Assembly: GCA_003167475.1 (NCBI GenBank)
Contig: PMTB01000268.1
Span: 1 to 40,411, forward strand
Length of the DNA stretch: 40,411 nt
From: a candidate division FCPU426 bacterium
GTDB lineage: Bacteria > Oederibacteriota > PGYV01 > Palsa-1178
Direction of reading: 5' to 3'
The notes below the pieces were generated by a model. It saw nothing but the letters and a program-made list of their open reading frames with translations. It had not been told where the DNA came from and did not search any database. Below, piece after piece: positions 28,925 through 37,754 of the stretch. The position numbers and the translations under genes are program-made. The stretch's first letter is position 1. Each line of letters starts with the position of its first letter.

Positions 28925-30661
28925 ATGACCAACCGCCAGATCATAGAAGTACTCCACAAAATATCCGAACTGCTCGAACTCAAAAACGAGAACAAATTCA
29001 AGATACGCGCGTATGTAAAATTATCCCAGTTCCTGTCCGGCTACGAGCATGAACTTGAGGATATTTATAAAAAGGGCGGCTTGAAGGCACTGACGGAAGT
29101 CCCCAACCTAGGCGAGGGTATAGGCAAGAAAATAGCCGAACTCATAGACACGGGCAAATTAAAATACGTCGAGGAGCTTGAAAAAGGGCTGCCTCCGGGG
29201 GTGGATAAGTTCCTGGACATACCCGGAATGGGGCCAAAGACCGCTTTGTTTGTGGCTGACAAACTTAAAGTCAACACTGTTGAAGAACTCGAGGAAGCCA
29301 TTAAAGAGCATAAATTAAAGGATTTCAAGGGCTTTGGGGAAAAGACCGAGGCAAAGATCCTAAGCGGCATAGAAAAACACAAAAACGGGATGCAGAGAAA
29401 ACTCCTCGGTTACGCCTATCCGATTGCCGAAGCCATAATAAAACAGCTAAAAGCCTCCCATAAGATCGACAGGATAGAGGCAGCCGGGTCCCTGCGGCGC
29501 ATGAAAGAAACCGTGGGGGATATAGACATACTCGCGGCTTCGCCTGATAAATCCATAATGGAAACTTTCTGCACTTTAAAAGATGTAAGCGCTGTCATTT
29601 CAAAGGGGGAGACAAAGTCCTCCATATACACGGTTTACGGCATACAGGTGGACATTAGGCTTGTGGATAAAGAAGCGTACGGCGCGGCATTGCAGTATTT
29701 CACGGGGTGCAGGGAACACAATGTTTTCATAAGGGAACTGGCTGTAAAGTCCGGTCTTAAGCTGAATGAGTACGGGCTTTTTAAAGCCAAAACCGGCAAG
29801 CTTGTGGCGTGTGAGAACGAGGAAGAGATTTACGGGGCGCTCGGATTGCAGTATATACCGCCGGAACTGCGTGAAGGTTCGGATGAGATAGAGGCCGCCG
29901 CCGGGAAAAAGATACCGGAACTTATAAAACAGAGTGATATAAAAGGCGATCTGCACTGCCACACGTCGTATTCGGACGGGTATGATACCATAGAAGCCAT
30001 GTCTGAAGCGGCGAAGAAATACGGTTATGAATATATGTCCATAAGCGACCACTCGCAATCCCTGAAGGTGGCCCGCGGGCTTACCCCGGAAAGCCTCGTA
30101 AAGCAGGAAAAGGAAATCGACGCACTGAACAAAAAAAGCGGGGGGTTTTGGATATTCAAGAGCGCGGAAGTGGATATACTTAAGGACGGGTCGCTTGATT
30201 ACGATGAAAGAACACTTGAAAAATTGGATATTGTCATAGGTTCGGTCCACAGTAATTTCAATATGACCAGGAAAGAAATGACGGGGCGTTTTCTCAAAGC
30301 CATGGACAACAAATACCTGACAATGATAGGGCATATAAGCGGCCGCGTCATTAACCACCGCGACCCATACGAGCTCGATTACCAGGAGATTTTTAAGAAG
30401 GCTATAAAAAACGGCATCGCGATAGAGATTAACGCCAACCCGGAAAGGCTTGACCTGATAGACGTAAGGGTAAAAGAGGCCGTCAGGATGGGCGTCAAAC
30501 TCTGCATTAACACGGATTCGCACGCCAAAGACAACCTGAACCATATGCGTTATGGTGTTGGCACGGCCCGACGGGGTTGGGCGACAAAGGCGGATATAAT
30601 CAATACTATGACCCTTAAGCAGATTGAAAAGTGGATCAAGGGGAGGAGGCAAGTCGGCTAA
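28925..30661 (+). CDS. polX: DNA polymerase X / PHP 3'-5' exonuclease
   Basis: HhH motifs, GSLRRMKETVGDIDIL, QVDIR, ALQYFTG; PHP motifs DLHCHT, SDH and NTDSH. Confidence 0.96.
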   Translation: MTNRQIIEVLHKISELLELKNENKFKIRAYVKLSQFLSGYEHELEDIYKKGGLKALTEVPNLGEGIGKKIAELIDTGKLKYVEELEKGLPPGVDKFLDIPGMGPKTALFVADKLKVNTVEELEEAIKEHKLKDFKGFGEKTEAKILSGIEKHKNGMQRKLLGYAYPIAEAIIKQLKASHKIDRIEAAGSLRRMKETVGDIDILAASPDKSIMETFCTLKDVSAVISKGETKSSIYTVYGIQVDIRLVDKEAYGAALQYFTGCREHNVFIRELAVKSGLKLNEYGLFKAKTGKLVACENEEEIYGALGLQYIPPELREGSDEIEAAAGKKIPELIKQSDIKGDLHCHTSYSDGYDTIEAMSEAAKKYGYEYMSISDHSQSLKVARGLTPESLVKQEKEIDALNKKSGGFWIFKSAEVDILKDGSLDYDERTLEKLDIVIGSVHSNFNMTRKEMTGRFLKAMDNKYLTMIGHISGRVINHRDPYELDYQEIFKKAIKNGIAIEINANPERLDLIDVRVKEAVRMGVKLCINTDSHAKDNLNHMRYGVGTARRGWATKADIINTMTLKQIEKWIKGRRQVG

Positions 30662-30988
30662 TTATTTTTTACAGACATAATCCTTCGTATAATCCCTTCC
30701 TTTATGCCTCACCCTGAGTCTTATGTATATCCTGTATTTATCTATCTCGCTTATGGTGTGATAAAGCACGTCCCGCCCCAGGTTGTCTTCGCCTGACATT
30801 TCCGGCTGGGAGCCGTTGTCTTCGTAGTCATGCACTGCAAGGGTGAGGGCCGAGTTGAGCAGCCACTTCACTTTCATGCTGTCGTAATAAGCGCCGGCGG
30901 AAAGCCTTGCGCCCAGCCCGTAGATGAAGATAAAAAAATTAAGCGTTATGACCAGGAGGCTTAAAAACAGCACAAGGAGTTTTTTCAT
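30662..30988 (-). CDS. Small N-terminally anchored protein, pseudopilin-like (ComGG/PilX-like position)
   Basis: 108 aa, single N-terminal hydrophobic helix, ATGA overlap with the upstream gene. Confidence 0.55.
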   Translation of the reverse strand: MKKLLVLFLSLLVITLNFFIFIYGLGARLSAGAYYDSMKVKWLLNSALTLAVHDYEDNGSQPEMSGEDNLGRDVLYHTISEIDKYRIYIRLRVRHKGRDYTKDYVCKK

Positions 30989-31479
30989 TTGAATATGTCC
31001 GTTCCTTTTTCAGGAACCGGGAGGAAGTCCGGAAGCACAGAGGAAAACTGCTGAAAATTTACCCCGCCTATGGAGCATGTGAATTCGAGGACATTGCCGG
31101 ACGAGTTAAGGGCGCACTCCGGAAAGTCCCTGTAATAGATGGTCCTGTGTTTTCTTCCAGTCGCCGGAGACGGGATCATGGAGAACATCAGTATATGCCC
31201 GGATATCGTGATCGCGCAGTGGTCAAAATTTTCAGGCATTATCGTGCCGTCCAAATTGACTGAAGGTATCTTTATAATGGCTGTGTTTGCGTCCGCTTTC
31301 AAACCCCCAAGGGTATCTTCCAGGGCGCAGGCAAGGCCCGTTGCGCCGGATATTTTGGAACGGGCGCGCATGAAACCGTCATAAGCGGTAAATTTGGATA
31401 TGCAGGAGAAAAACAATATCAAAATTGCCACGGTCGCGGCGCAGGACAGGATAAATATTATTTTTTTCACGGGTATCAC
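30985..31479 (-). CDS. Small N-terminally anchored protein, pseudopilin-like
   Basis: 164 aa, N-terminal hydrophobic helix followed by an amphipathic helix and beta-rich tail; 4-bp overlaps on both sides. Confidence 0.55.
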   Translation of the reverse strand: MIPVKKIIFILSCAATVAILILFFSCISKFTAYDGFMRARSKISGATGLACALEDTLGGLKADANTAIIKIPSVNLDGTIMPENFDHCAITISGHILMFSMIPSPATGRKHRTIYYRDFPECALNSSGNVLEFTCSIGGVNFQQFSSVLPDFLPVPEKGTDIFK

Positions 31480-31835
31480 CTGCGTTCCCTTGCGTCAAGA
31501 AGGGTTTCAAGGGTTACGGATGAAAACCCCGGTTTTTTGACCACTACCGCAGCCTGGCGGATTGAAAAAACAGATTTATAGTAGGAACTATATAAGGTGC
31601 CGCGCAATTGCCTGTCCTGTTCAAGGATCACATTCGACTGGTATGCAGGGAGCCTGACGGGTTCGGCCGTATTACCGGCTATCTGGGGCATGGAGCGCAG
31701 GAACTCAAGCTGGTTTTCAGCGGCCAGAAGGGCCATCCTTGTGTTATAAGAATCGGCTGTCATATATATTCCCGCCACCCCGAGCAGGACAGCCATGGCG
31801 AGGGCGGCGTGAAGCGGGCTTATTTTTCCGCGCAT
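31476..31835 (-). CDS. Degenerate prepilin-like protein (PilV/ComGE-like)
   Basis: MRGKISPLHAALAMAVLLG resembles RGFSLLEVLIAMAVL; later A..AAENQLEFLR is typical of minor pilins. Confidence 0.55.
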   Translation of the reverse strand: MRGKISPLHAALAMAVLLGVAGIYMTADSYNTRMALLAAENQLEFLRSMPQIAGNTAEPVRLPAYQSNVILEQDRQLRGTLYSSYYKSVFSIRQAAVVVKKPGFSSVTLETLLDARERR

Positions 31836-32353
31836 TATTTTGCTTCCCTGAGCCAGTTCCTGACGTCATCCAGGCAAGTCGGGGAATAACCCACGTATAT
31901 GAACTGTATTATCCCGCGCGGATCTATGATAAGTATGGCGGGCCGCGCGGGAAACGAGTATGCCTTTGGAATATTCCCGGAAAGCGTGCGGTAGCGCAGC
32001 TTAAGCAGGGAAGTGGCTTCGCTTATTTCAGCGTGTTGTTTGTCCGAGGTTATATTGAACCATAACAGCCCCGGCCTTAAACGTGCCATGGAAGCGACTG
32101 TGCCTGTTATGAGCGTTTTTAGTTTTGAGGATCCGGGGGATAAATCCAAAAACGCCAGCACTATGAAGCGTTTTCCCACAAGGGCGCTCAGATTATATAC
32201 TGTGGTATTTTTCATCCCCAGGATGAAGTCGGTGAAAGATACGCCTGTTTTTATCGAATCCTTATTGTTCATCACGCTTGTGCCGGATAATCCGGCGGCG
32301 GTAAAGAGCAAAAACAGCACAATGACGACCGCAGGTTTTAACTGTTTCAACAT
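31835..32353 (-). CDS. Exported thioredoxin/redoxin-fold protein lacking CxxC
   Basis: G.SFTDF.L...LSALVGKRFIVLAF and PAILIIDPRGIIQFIYVGY match the TlpA/AhpC scaffold; ATG 32353 follows GGGGA. Confidence 0.7.
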   Translation of the reverse strand: MLKQLKPAVVIVLFLLFTAAGLSGTSVMNNKDSIKTGVSFTDFILGMKNTTVYNLSALVGKRFIVLAFLDLSPGSSKLKTLITGTVASMARLRPGLLWFNITSDKQHAEISEATSLLKLRYRTLSGNIPKAYSFPARPAILIIDPRGIIQFIYVGYSPTCLDDVRNWLREAK

Positions 32354-32355
32354 TT

Positions 32356-33744
32356 TTATTTCCCCATGCAAAAGTTTGAAAATATTCTTTCCAGGACGTC
32401 TTCCGTGGCTATTTCACCCGTGATAGACGCCGTTTCTCCGGCGGCGGACTTTACGTGCTCGGCCGCTATTTCATAACCCAATAAATAGTTCAGGGAAAGC
32501 AGGCCTTCCTGCATTTCCTTAAGCGCCCTTGCCAGCGCCGTCTTATGGCGTAGCGCGGATATCACGGGCTCTTCCCGGTCATCCAGGCCCATGGAACTTA
32601 TTATAGTATCTTTAAGGGTTTTTGTTAAGCCGTTTATATTTTCATTTTTAAGGGCGCTGACCAGCACGACAGGAACCGCGGCATTGAGTTTTTGCATGAT
32701 AAAATCGGGTTCAAAGGCGTGCTCCAGGTCGGACTTGTTAAGGGCGACCACATGGGGCCTGTCCTTGAGTTCCATGTAAAGCAGGCCGTCCTCTTCAGTG
32801 AAGGGAGAAGAAATATCCACTGCAAATATGACGGCATCACAGCCGGTCACCGCCGCTTTTGCCCGCCTTATGCCCTCTTCTTCGATCGGGTTTGAGGCGT
32901 TCCTTATGCCGGCTGTATCTGTAAGCGTCACGGGAATGCCTTCCATAACCACGGATTCCTCCAGGGTATCCCTTGTTGTACCGGGTATGTCGGTCACAAT
33001 GGCCCTGTTCAGGCCGGTAAGCGCGTTTAAAAGGCTGGATTTTCCGGCATTGGGCCTGCCTGTTATGGTTACCCTGACGCCTTCCCTGATAAGCAGGCCC
33101 TTGTCCGCGCTTTTGATAAGCTTTTCAAGCGAGATTATTATGGACTCAAAACGCGCGGCCACGTCAGCCCTGGCCGACGGTTCCTCTTCATTTTCAAAAT
33201 CCACGTCAGCCTCGAGCATGGCCAGGACGCCTATGAGCTGTTCCCTGAGTTTTTCTATCACTTCTTTTTCAGCGCCGAAAAGCTGGTTCAGCGAGAGTTT
33301 AAGCGCGCCGTCTGTGCGCGCGGAAATTATATCGCATACCGCCTCGGCTTTTGTAAGGTCCATTTTTGAGTTCAAATAAGAGCGCCTTGTAAAATCCCCG
33401 GGCCCGGCGGGTACGGCCCCGTATTTGACAAGCAGCTCCATGACCTTGCGCAATATGAGCGGATTGCCGTGGCAGGAAAGTTCGGCCATATCCTCGCCAG
33501 TATATGAGTCGGGGGACCTAAAGACCGAAAGCAGGGCCTCGTCAAGGGCCGTTTCATTGTCACGTATCACGCCCAAAGACAGGGAGCCGCGGGGGGTATT
33601 GGCCATGTTCCTTGACCTGTTCCTGAAATGGAATATTTTTTGTATTATTTCAAAGGTTGCCGGCCCCGAGACGCGGATAATGCCGAGCGGAGCGCGTGAC
33701 ACGCCGGTCGCTATGGCGGCTATTGTGGCGTTTTGGATCTTCAT
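32356..33744 (-). CDS. mnmE: tRNA modification GTPase MnmE/TrmE
   Basis: TIAAIAT, SYTGED, GRPNAGKSSL, PGTTRD, DTAGIR, NKSD and C-terminal FCMGK. Confidence 0.97.
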   Translation of the reverse strand: MKIQNATIAAIATGVSRAPLGIIRVSGPATFEIIQKIFHFRNRSRNMANTPRGSLSLGVIRDNETALDEALLSVFRSPDSYTGEDMAELSCHGNPLILRKVMELLVKYGAVPAGPGDFTRRSYLNSKMDLTKAEAVCDIISARTDGALKLSLNQLFGAEKEVIEKLREQLIGVLAMLEADVDFENEEEPSARADVAARFESIIISLEKLIKSADKGLLIREGVRVTITGRPNAGKSSLLNALTGLNRAIVTDIPGTTRDTLEESVVMEGIPVTLTDTAGIRNASNPIEEEGIRRAKAAVTGCDAVIFAVDISSPFTEEDGLLYMELKDRPHVVALNKSDLEHAFEPDFIMQKLNAAVPVVLVSALKNENINGLTKTLKDTIISSMGLDDREEPVISALRHKTALARALKEMQEGLLSLNYLLGYEIAAEHVKSAAGETASITGEIATEDVLERIFSNFCMGK

Positions 33745-34391
33745 AAAAGCGAGGTAATGACTACCTTTTTGTAGGAACCCCTGCCTATGGAAAAAGTTTT
33801 TATGTTGCCCATATTTTTCACCTCTTCGTGTATCAGCTTCCTCTCATATGATGGGAGAAAATCCGTGATACTTTCAGAGAGCGTTTCCGCGGCTTTTTCC
33901 GCCATGGTCTTTACCACGCCCTTAAGGTACGCGGCGCGTTTGTCCACGTATGAATCGACGTCTATGATAACCTGGGTATGGCGTTTTAAGTTTTTGTCCA
34001 GCGCGTTTGAGAGAAGGTACTGCATGGCCATGATATTCTGGCCGTTTTTTCCTATCAGAAGGCCGTCTTTGCCTGGGGTTGTGACACGCAGAATGACAGC
34101 GTCCCCGTGTTTTACAGACTCGGTCTTAAATACCGTAAAACGCATGAGGGTGAGCAGATTTTCGACTATTTCCCTGGCATAAGCCGTATCATCGTCCGAT
34201 ATGAAGGCGGGCCTTGGTATGGAACCCGGCGCGGGCCGTACTGAGCACTCCACGGTATATTCTTTTTTATCAATGAATACTTTTTCGCAAACGAGGTTTA
34301 ATGAAACCGACTCAAGCGGGACATTCGCCTCGTTTAAAAATTCCCTGACCGCGTGTGAAACCGTCGCCCCTGTTTTTTTGACGCTGTTCAT
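33741..34391 (-). CDS. jag: Jag/EloR/KhpB RNA-binding protein (KH + R3H)
   Basis: GLLIGKNGQNIMAMQYL (KH) and ERKLIH (R3H); position between yidC and mnmE. Confidence 0.92.
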   Translation of the reverse strand: MNSVKKTGATVSHAVREFLNEANVPLESVSLNLVCEKVFIDKKEYTVECSVRPAPGSIPRPAFISDDDTAYAREIVENLLTLMRFTVFKTESVKHGDAVILRVTTPGKDGLLIGKNGQNIMAMQYLLSNALDKNLKRHTQVIIDVDSYVDKRAAYLKGVVKTMAEKAAETLSESITDFLPSYERKLIHEEVKNMGNIKTFSIGRGSYKKVVITSLL

Positions 34392-34421
34392 GTAAACCTC
34401 CGGATCTTTTTAATGCTTTAT

Positions 34422-36071
34422 TTATTTAGACTTGTTAACCAGCATTTGCTGCGCTATACCGAGTACGTTTGATATGCTCCAGTAAAGCATGAGGCCGGCC
34501 GGCCATGAAAATGCCATATAGGTCAGGAATATCGGCATGCCGTACATCATTATTTTTTGCGACTGGTCGTTTTCTGTGTTCATGGAAGGCTGTGTCGACA
34601 TCTTCTGCTGAAGCAGCATGGTAAGACCCATGAATATGGGGAGCACGTAGAACGGGTCGGGTTTGGACAGGTCCTTAAGCCAGAACGCGAAATTGGCGCC
34701 CTTTAATTCCACGACATTGATGAGCGTGCCGTAGAGCGCGATGAATATGGGAAGCTGCAGGAGCATGGGCAGGCATCCGCCAAAGGGGTTTATTTTATAT
34801 TCCTGGTAAAGTTTCATGGTCTCTTCGTTAAGTTTCTGGGCGTCGTCCTTATATATTTTTTTCAGCGTTTCCATGCGCGGCTTTATCACGGCCATCTTTG
34901 ACTGCGTTTCCTTCATCTGTTTAAAACTGGAATTTGAAGGTATCCATAGGATCACCCTGATAAGGAACGTGAGCAGCAGTATGGCTATACCGTAATTTTT
35001 TGTCAGTTTATAGATGTAATCCAGGCCGTAGAACATCCACTCCCCCAGGAACCTGATGGCGCCGAGGTCTATGATCTTGTCCATGCCGAGTTTTTTGAGC
35101 CTGTGGAATTCCGCCGGACCTATATACGAGTCTATTGATATATCCTCTTCCGAGCCGCCGTTGACAAGCACGTCGCGCAGGTTCATGCCGAGGTACACAA
35201 AGCCGCCTGCTTCGTCCTTGATGACGGAGCTCTTGATGTCGGCTTTTAGGACCGGTTTGAGCGCCGAGGTGAAGTAAAGGTCCTTCATGGCGATCCAGTC
35301 GGGAATAGCGTCCAGGACGGTTATTTTGTTCTCCCTGCTTTTTAAGTTGGTGGTGATCAGCTTGAAAGTTTTGGCGTATGTGTAAACAACCTTGTTGTAC
35401 CCGCCGCCCGTGCCGCTTTTTACATGGGTAAGTTCGCCCGGAAGGTAGTGCACGTTGGGGCCGTATGAGTATTGGAGGTCCTTGAAAGCGTATGGGGCCC
35501 CTGATTTATTGATGAATCTTAGTTTCGTGTTAACCGTATAGGAGTCGTCCGGGACGGAGAATTCTTTTATTACGGTTATCCCGGGTTTTATCTGTTTTGA
35601 AAAGGATATGGTCTGTGTGCCGTTGGCCGAGGATATACCTTCATTTTTCCAGGCTGAATCCACGAGGTTTGTTTCGGCCGAATAAAGGCTTAAGTATGTG
35701 GAAACGCTCCTTGCGGGGAGCATTTCGAGCTGTTCTTCCTTCCCGTTCTTCATGTCATTGTATTTTTTGAGCTTAAAACTTGAAAGCGATCCGCCTATGT
35801 TTGAAAATGAAATGACAGCGAGGTTATTTTCCAGCGTAAATAATTTCTCGTCGGTAGTCCTGATAGTGGAAGGTATCATTTGCGCGGAAGGGACCTGTGC
35901 CGAGGCCGTCAGGGAGCTTCCCGCAGGGGCCACAGCCGGGTTCTGGGCCGTGCCTGTTGCCGCGGCGGCGCCCGGAGCTTTCGGTTTCGGCCCGTAAAAA
36001 TAATTAAAGCCAAAAAAAACAGCGCCGGATATCAGGAAAAACACTATAAGCCTTGTAGTTTCGTTTCTCAT
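34422..36071 (-). CDS. yidC: Membrane protein insertase YidC (long, periplasmic-domain type)
   Basis: NYGIAILLLT, INPFGGCLPMLLQLPIF, WLKDLSKPDP, PAGLMLYW; AGGAGG SD supports ATG 36071. Confidence 0.97.
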   Translation of the reverse strand: MRNETTRLIVFFLISGAVFFGFNYFYGPKPKAPGAAAATGTAQNPAVAPAGSSLTASAQVPSAQMIPSTIRTTDEKLFTLENNLAVISFSNIGGSLSSFKLKKYNDMKNGKEEQLEMLPARSVSTYLSLYSAETNLVDSAWKNEGISSANGTQTISFSKQIKPGITVIKEFSVPDDSYTVNTKLRFINKSGAPYAFKDLQYSYGPNVHYLPGELTHVKSGTGGGYNKVVYTYAKTFKLITTNLKSRENKITVLDAIPDWIAMKDLYFTSALKPVLKADIKSSVIKDEAGGFVYLGMNLRDVLVNGGSEEDISIDSYIGPAEFHRLKKLGMDKIIDLGAIRFLGEWMFYGLDYIYKLTKNYGIAILLLTFLIRVILWIPSNSSFKQMKETQSKMAVIKPRMETLKKIYKDDAQKLNEETMKLYQEYKINPFGGCLPMLLQLPIFIALYGTLINVVELKGANFAFWLKDLSKPDPFYVLPIFMGLTMLLQQKMSTQPSMNTENDQSQKIMMYGMPIFLTYMAFSWPAGLMLYWSISNVLGIAQQMLVNKSK

Positions 36072-36115
36072 TAAAAAACCTCCTAATAAAGTGGGTAACA
36101 ATTACATTAGTTTAA

Positions 36116-36163
36116 AGTTCTAAGTTTTAAGAGAATTCAAAAGCAATCTTAAAACTTAGAACT
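36116..36163. repeat. Perfect 17-bp inverted repeat built from 8-mer units
   Basis: AGTTCTAAGTTTTAAGA-N14-TCTTAAAACTTAGAACT between yidD and yidC. Confidence 0.8.
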
Positions 36164-36177
36164 GTTCTTATCTGTCT

Positions 36178-36387
36178 TCAAGGTAAAGGATCGTACCCGC
36201 CCTTGCTCCACGGATTGCACCGCAGGACCCTTTTTATTGCCAGCAGGCCTCCTTTTACAGAACCATATTTTTCTATGGCTTGCATTCCGTATTCGGAGCA
36301 TGTCGGGTGGAACCTGCAGGACTGCGGCAGGTAAGGGGAGACCGCCTTTTTGTAAAACATTATCAGGGTTATCAGCAGTTTTTTCAC
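36178..36387 (-). CDS. yidD: Membrane protein insertion efficiency factor YidD
   Basis: [10 protein letters not shown]...[12 protein letters not shown]; GTG 36387 follows AGAGG. Confidence 0.95.
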   Translation of the reverse strand: MKKLLITLIMFYKKAVSPYLPQSCRFHPTCSEYGMQAIEKYGSVKGGLLAIKRVLRCNPWSKGGYDPLP

Positions 36388-36388
36388 T

Positions 36389-36724
36389 TTAAAGCCTCTT
36401 TTTTGCCCCTTCAAATAGCCCGGCCAGGTTCGCGTCTATTTCGGCGAAAGACTTCAAGGCCGGCATACCGCGCCTGGGCATTATAAGAACGGTAACGTCA
36501 TTCAGGGAACTTTTATGTTTATGGTAAGCGGCCCTGATCCAGCGTTTATACCTGTTGCGGTCAACGCTTAAGTTTATGGATTTTTTTGCGATATTGGCCA
36601 CAAAAAAGCCAGTTTTATGACCCACGGGTTTTGTCATATATACGGAAAAAAAGGTATTTCCTTCTTTTATCCCGTTTTTAAGGATGAATTTTATATCCTT
36701 TGTCTTGGGCGTCTGGCGTCCGAT
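36389..36724 (-). CDS. rnpA: Ribonuclease P protein component (probable ATC start)
   Basis: KK...[12 protein letters not shown] (RNR motif) and synteny with rpmH/yidD; RnpA-like sequence continues 29 codons upstream of the first ATG (36637). Confidence 0.85.
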   Translation of the reverse strand: MGRQTPKTKDIKFILKNGIKEGNTFFSVYMTKPVGHKTGFFVANIAKKSINLSVDRNRYKRWIRAAYHKHKSSLNDVTVLIMPRRGMPALKSFAEIDANLAGLFEGAKKRL

Positions 36725-36801
36725 GTATGTAACCCCGGGTTTTTATATAGTTTATAGTGTGAATTTAACATTTAAATTCAAAATTTAAACTTAAATTTGT
36801 C

Positions 36802-36945
36802 CTATTTGGGCCTTGTAAGGGCCTTACGTCCCTTGCGGCGCCTGGCATTGATGACCCTTCTGCCGTTCTTTGTGAGCATTCTTTTTCTGAAGCCGTGTTT
36901 CTTTTTTGCTTTTCTTCTATTGGGCTGAAACGTCCTTTTTGGCAT
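36802..36945 (-). CDS. rpmH: 50S ribosomal protein L34
   Basis: [23 protein letters not shown]...RRRKGRKAL. Confidence 0.98.
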   Translation of the reverse strand: MPKRTFQPNRRKAKKKHGFRKRMLTKNGRRVINARRRKGRKALTRPK

Positions 36946-36997
36946 CTTTTCTCTCCGTTTTATATAGAATATAAGGGTTTTGTAAAAAACCGTAAGA

Positions 36998-37026
36998 ATT
37001 ATAAAGGAATAAGGCGTATGTGTCAA
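36998..37026 (-). promoter_or_regulatory. Consensus sigma70 promoter of the rpmH operon
   Basis: TTGACA-17 bp-TATAAT on the minus strand. Confidence 0.85.
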
Positions 37027-37104
37027 TAGTAAAGGTATGTCAATGGTCCATGGTACAAAGGTCCGGTGTCCAAGGAAAATGAGGCAAAAACAGACGCGTT
37101 TTAT

Positions 37105-37133
37105 TTGACTTTGAGTGATTAAGCGGCTATACT
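37105..37133 (+). promoter_or_regulatory. Divergent sigma70 promoter
   Basis: TTGACT-17 bp-TATACT. Confidence 0.7.
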
Positions 37134-37173
37134 TGGCCTAATTCACATTCAAATTAAGGAAGGAGGTGAATAT

Positions 37174-37590
37174 ATGAAAAAAATGTTAATATTGGTTTTA
37201 TCGCTGGTTTTGACGGCTTCCGTGGCTTTTGCGCAGGAGAAAGCGGCTGCGGCTCCTGAAAAAGCCGTACAAATGGAAGGGACCATCATAGACAACGCTT
37301 GCGCCACGGCTAATAAGGCAAAACTTCCCGAATTCATCAAGACACATCCCAAATCATGCGCCTTAATGCCGAACTGCGTCAAGAGCGGGTATTCTTTGTA
37401 CCTGCCGGACGGCACTTTAAAAGCTTTTGACAAAACAAGCAACGTAAAGATCGAGATGTTCCTTAAGAAAAAAGCGAGCAGGCTCGATGTCATGCTGACC
37501 GTCAAGGAAAAGAACGGGGAACTTCAATTAATAACTATAATGAACTCCATGAAAAAAACCGCGCCTGCAAAGACCGCGGCAAAGGCGTAA
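37174..37590 (+). CDS. Exported hypothetical protein with Cys/His motif
   Basis: Signal peptide ending AFA; IDNAC...HPKSCALMPNCVKSGY; very strong AAGGAGGTG SD. Confidence 0.8.
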   Translation: MKKMLILVLSLVLTASVAFAQEKAAAAPEKAVQMEGTIIDNACATANKAKLPEFIKTHPKSCALMPNCVKSGYSLYLPDGTLKAFDKTSNVKIEMFLKKKASRLDVMLTVKEKNGELQLITIMNSMKKTAPAKTAAKA

Positions 37591-37609
37591 TCTGAATGTT
37601 TTGATTTAC

Positions 37610-37638
37610 GGAACTTCCGGGGTCCGCCATTCGTCTAA
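37610..37638 (+). promoter_or_regulatory. sigmaE/ECF-type promoter
   Basis: GGAACTT-16 bp-GTCTAA, matching the RpoE/AlgU-type consensus. Confidence 0.7.
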
Positions 37639-37643
37639 TTTTT

Positions 37644-37753
37644 GTAGGTCTCAAAAACCTATTCCCCGGGAGTTTCCCTACCCCTCCCAAACCCCTTATA
37701 CTCCCGGGGATTCTAAAAAAATCACCCCGGCCGCAAACGGCCGGGGTTTTTTT
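37644..37753 (+). ncRNA. Candidate ~110-nt small regulatory RNA with C-rich loop
   Basis: Bounded by the ECF promoter and a terminator; hairpin TAGGT/ACCTA; 11-bp stem TCCCCGGGAGT/ACTCCCGGGGA with a 26-nt C-rich loop; no credible ORF inside. Confidence 0.6.
37724..37753 (+). terminator. Intrinsic terminator
   Basis: ACCCCGGCCG-CAAA-CGGCCGGGGT followed by a T run. Confidence 0.9.
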
Positions 37754-37754
37754 A

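Noticed and set aside
29600-30652. 350-aa minus-strand ORF
   Set aside because: Lies entirely antisense to the well-supported polX and has no recognisable motif.
31021-31040. GAGGAAGTCCGG resembling the RNase P RNA signature
   Set aside because: One base short of GAGGAAAGTCC, inside a coupled CDS, and the matching 3' motif is not seen.
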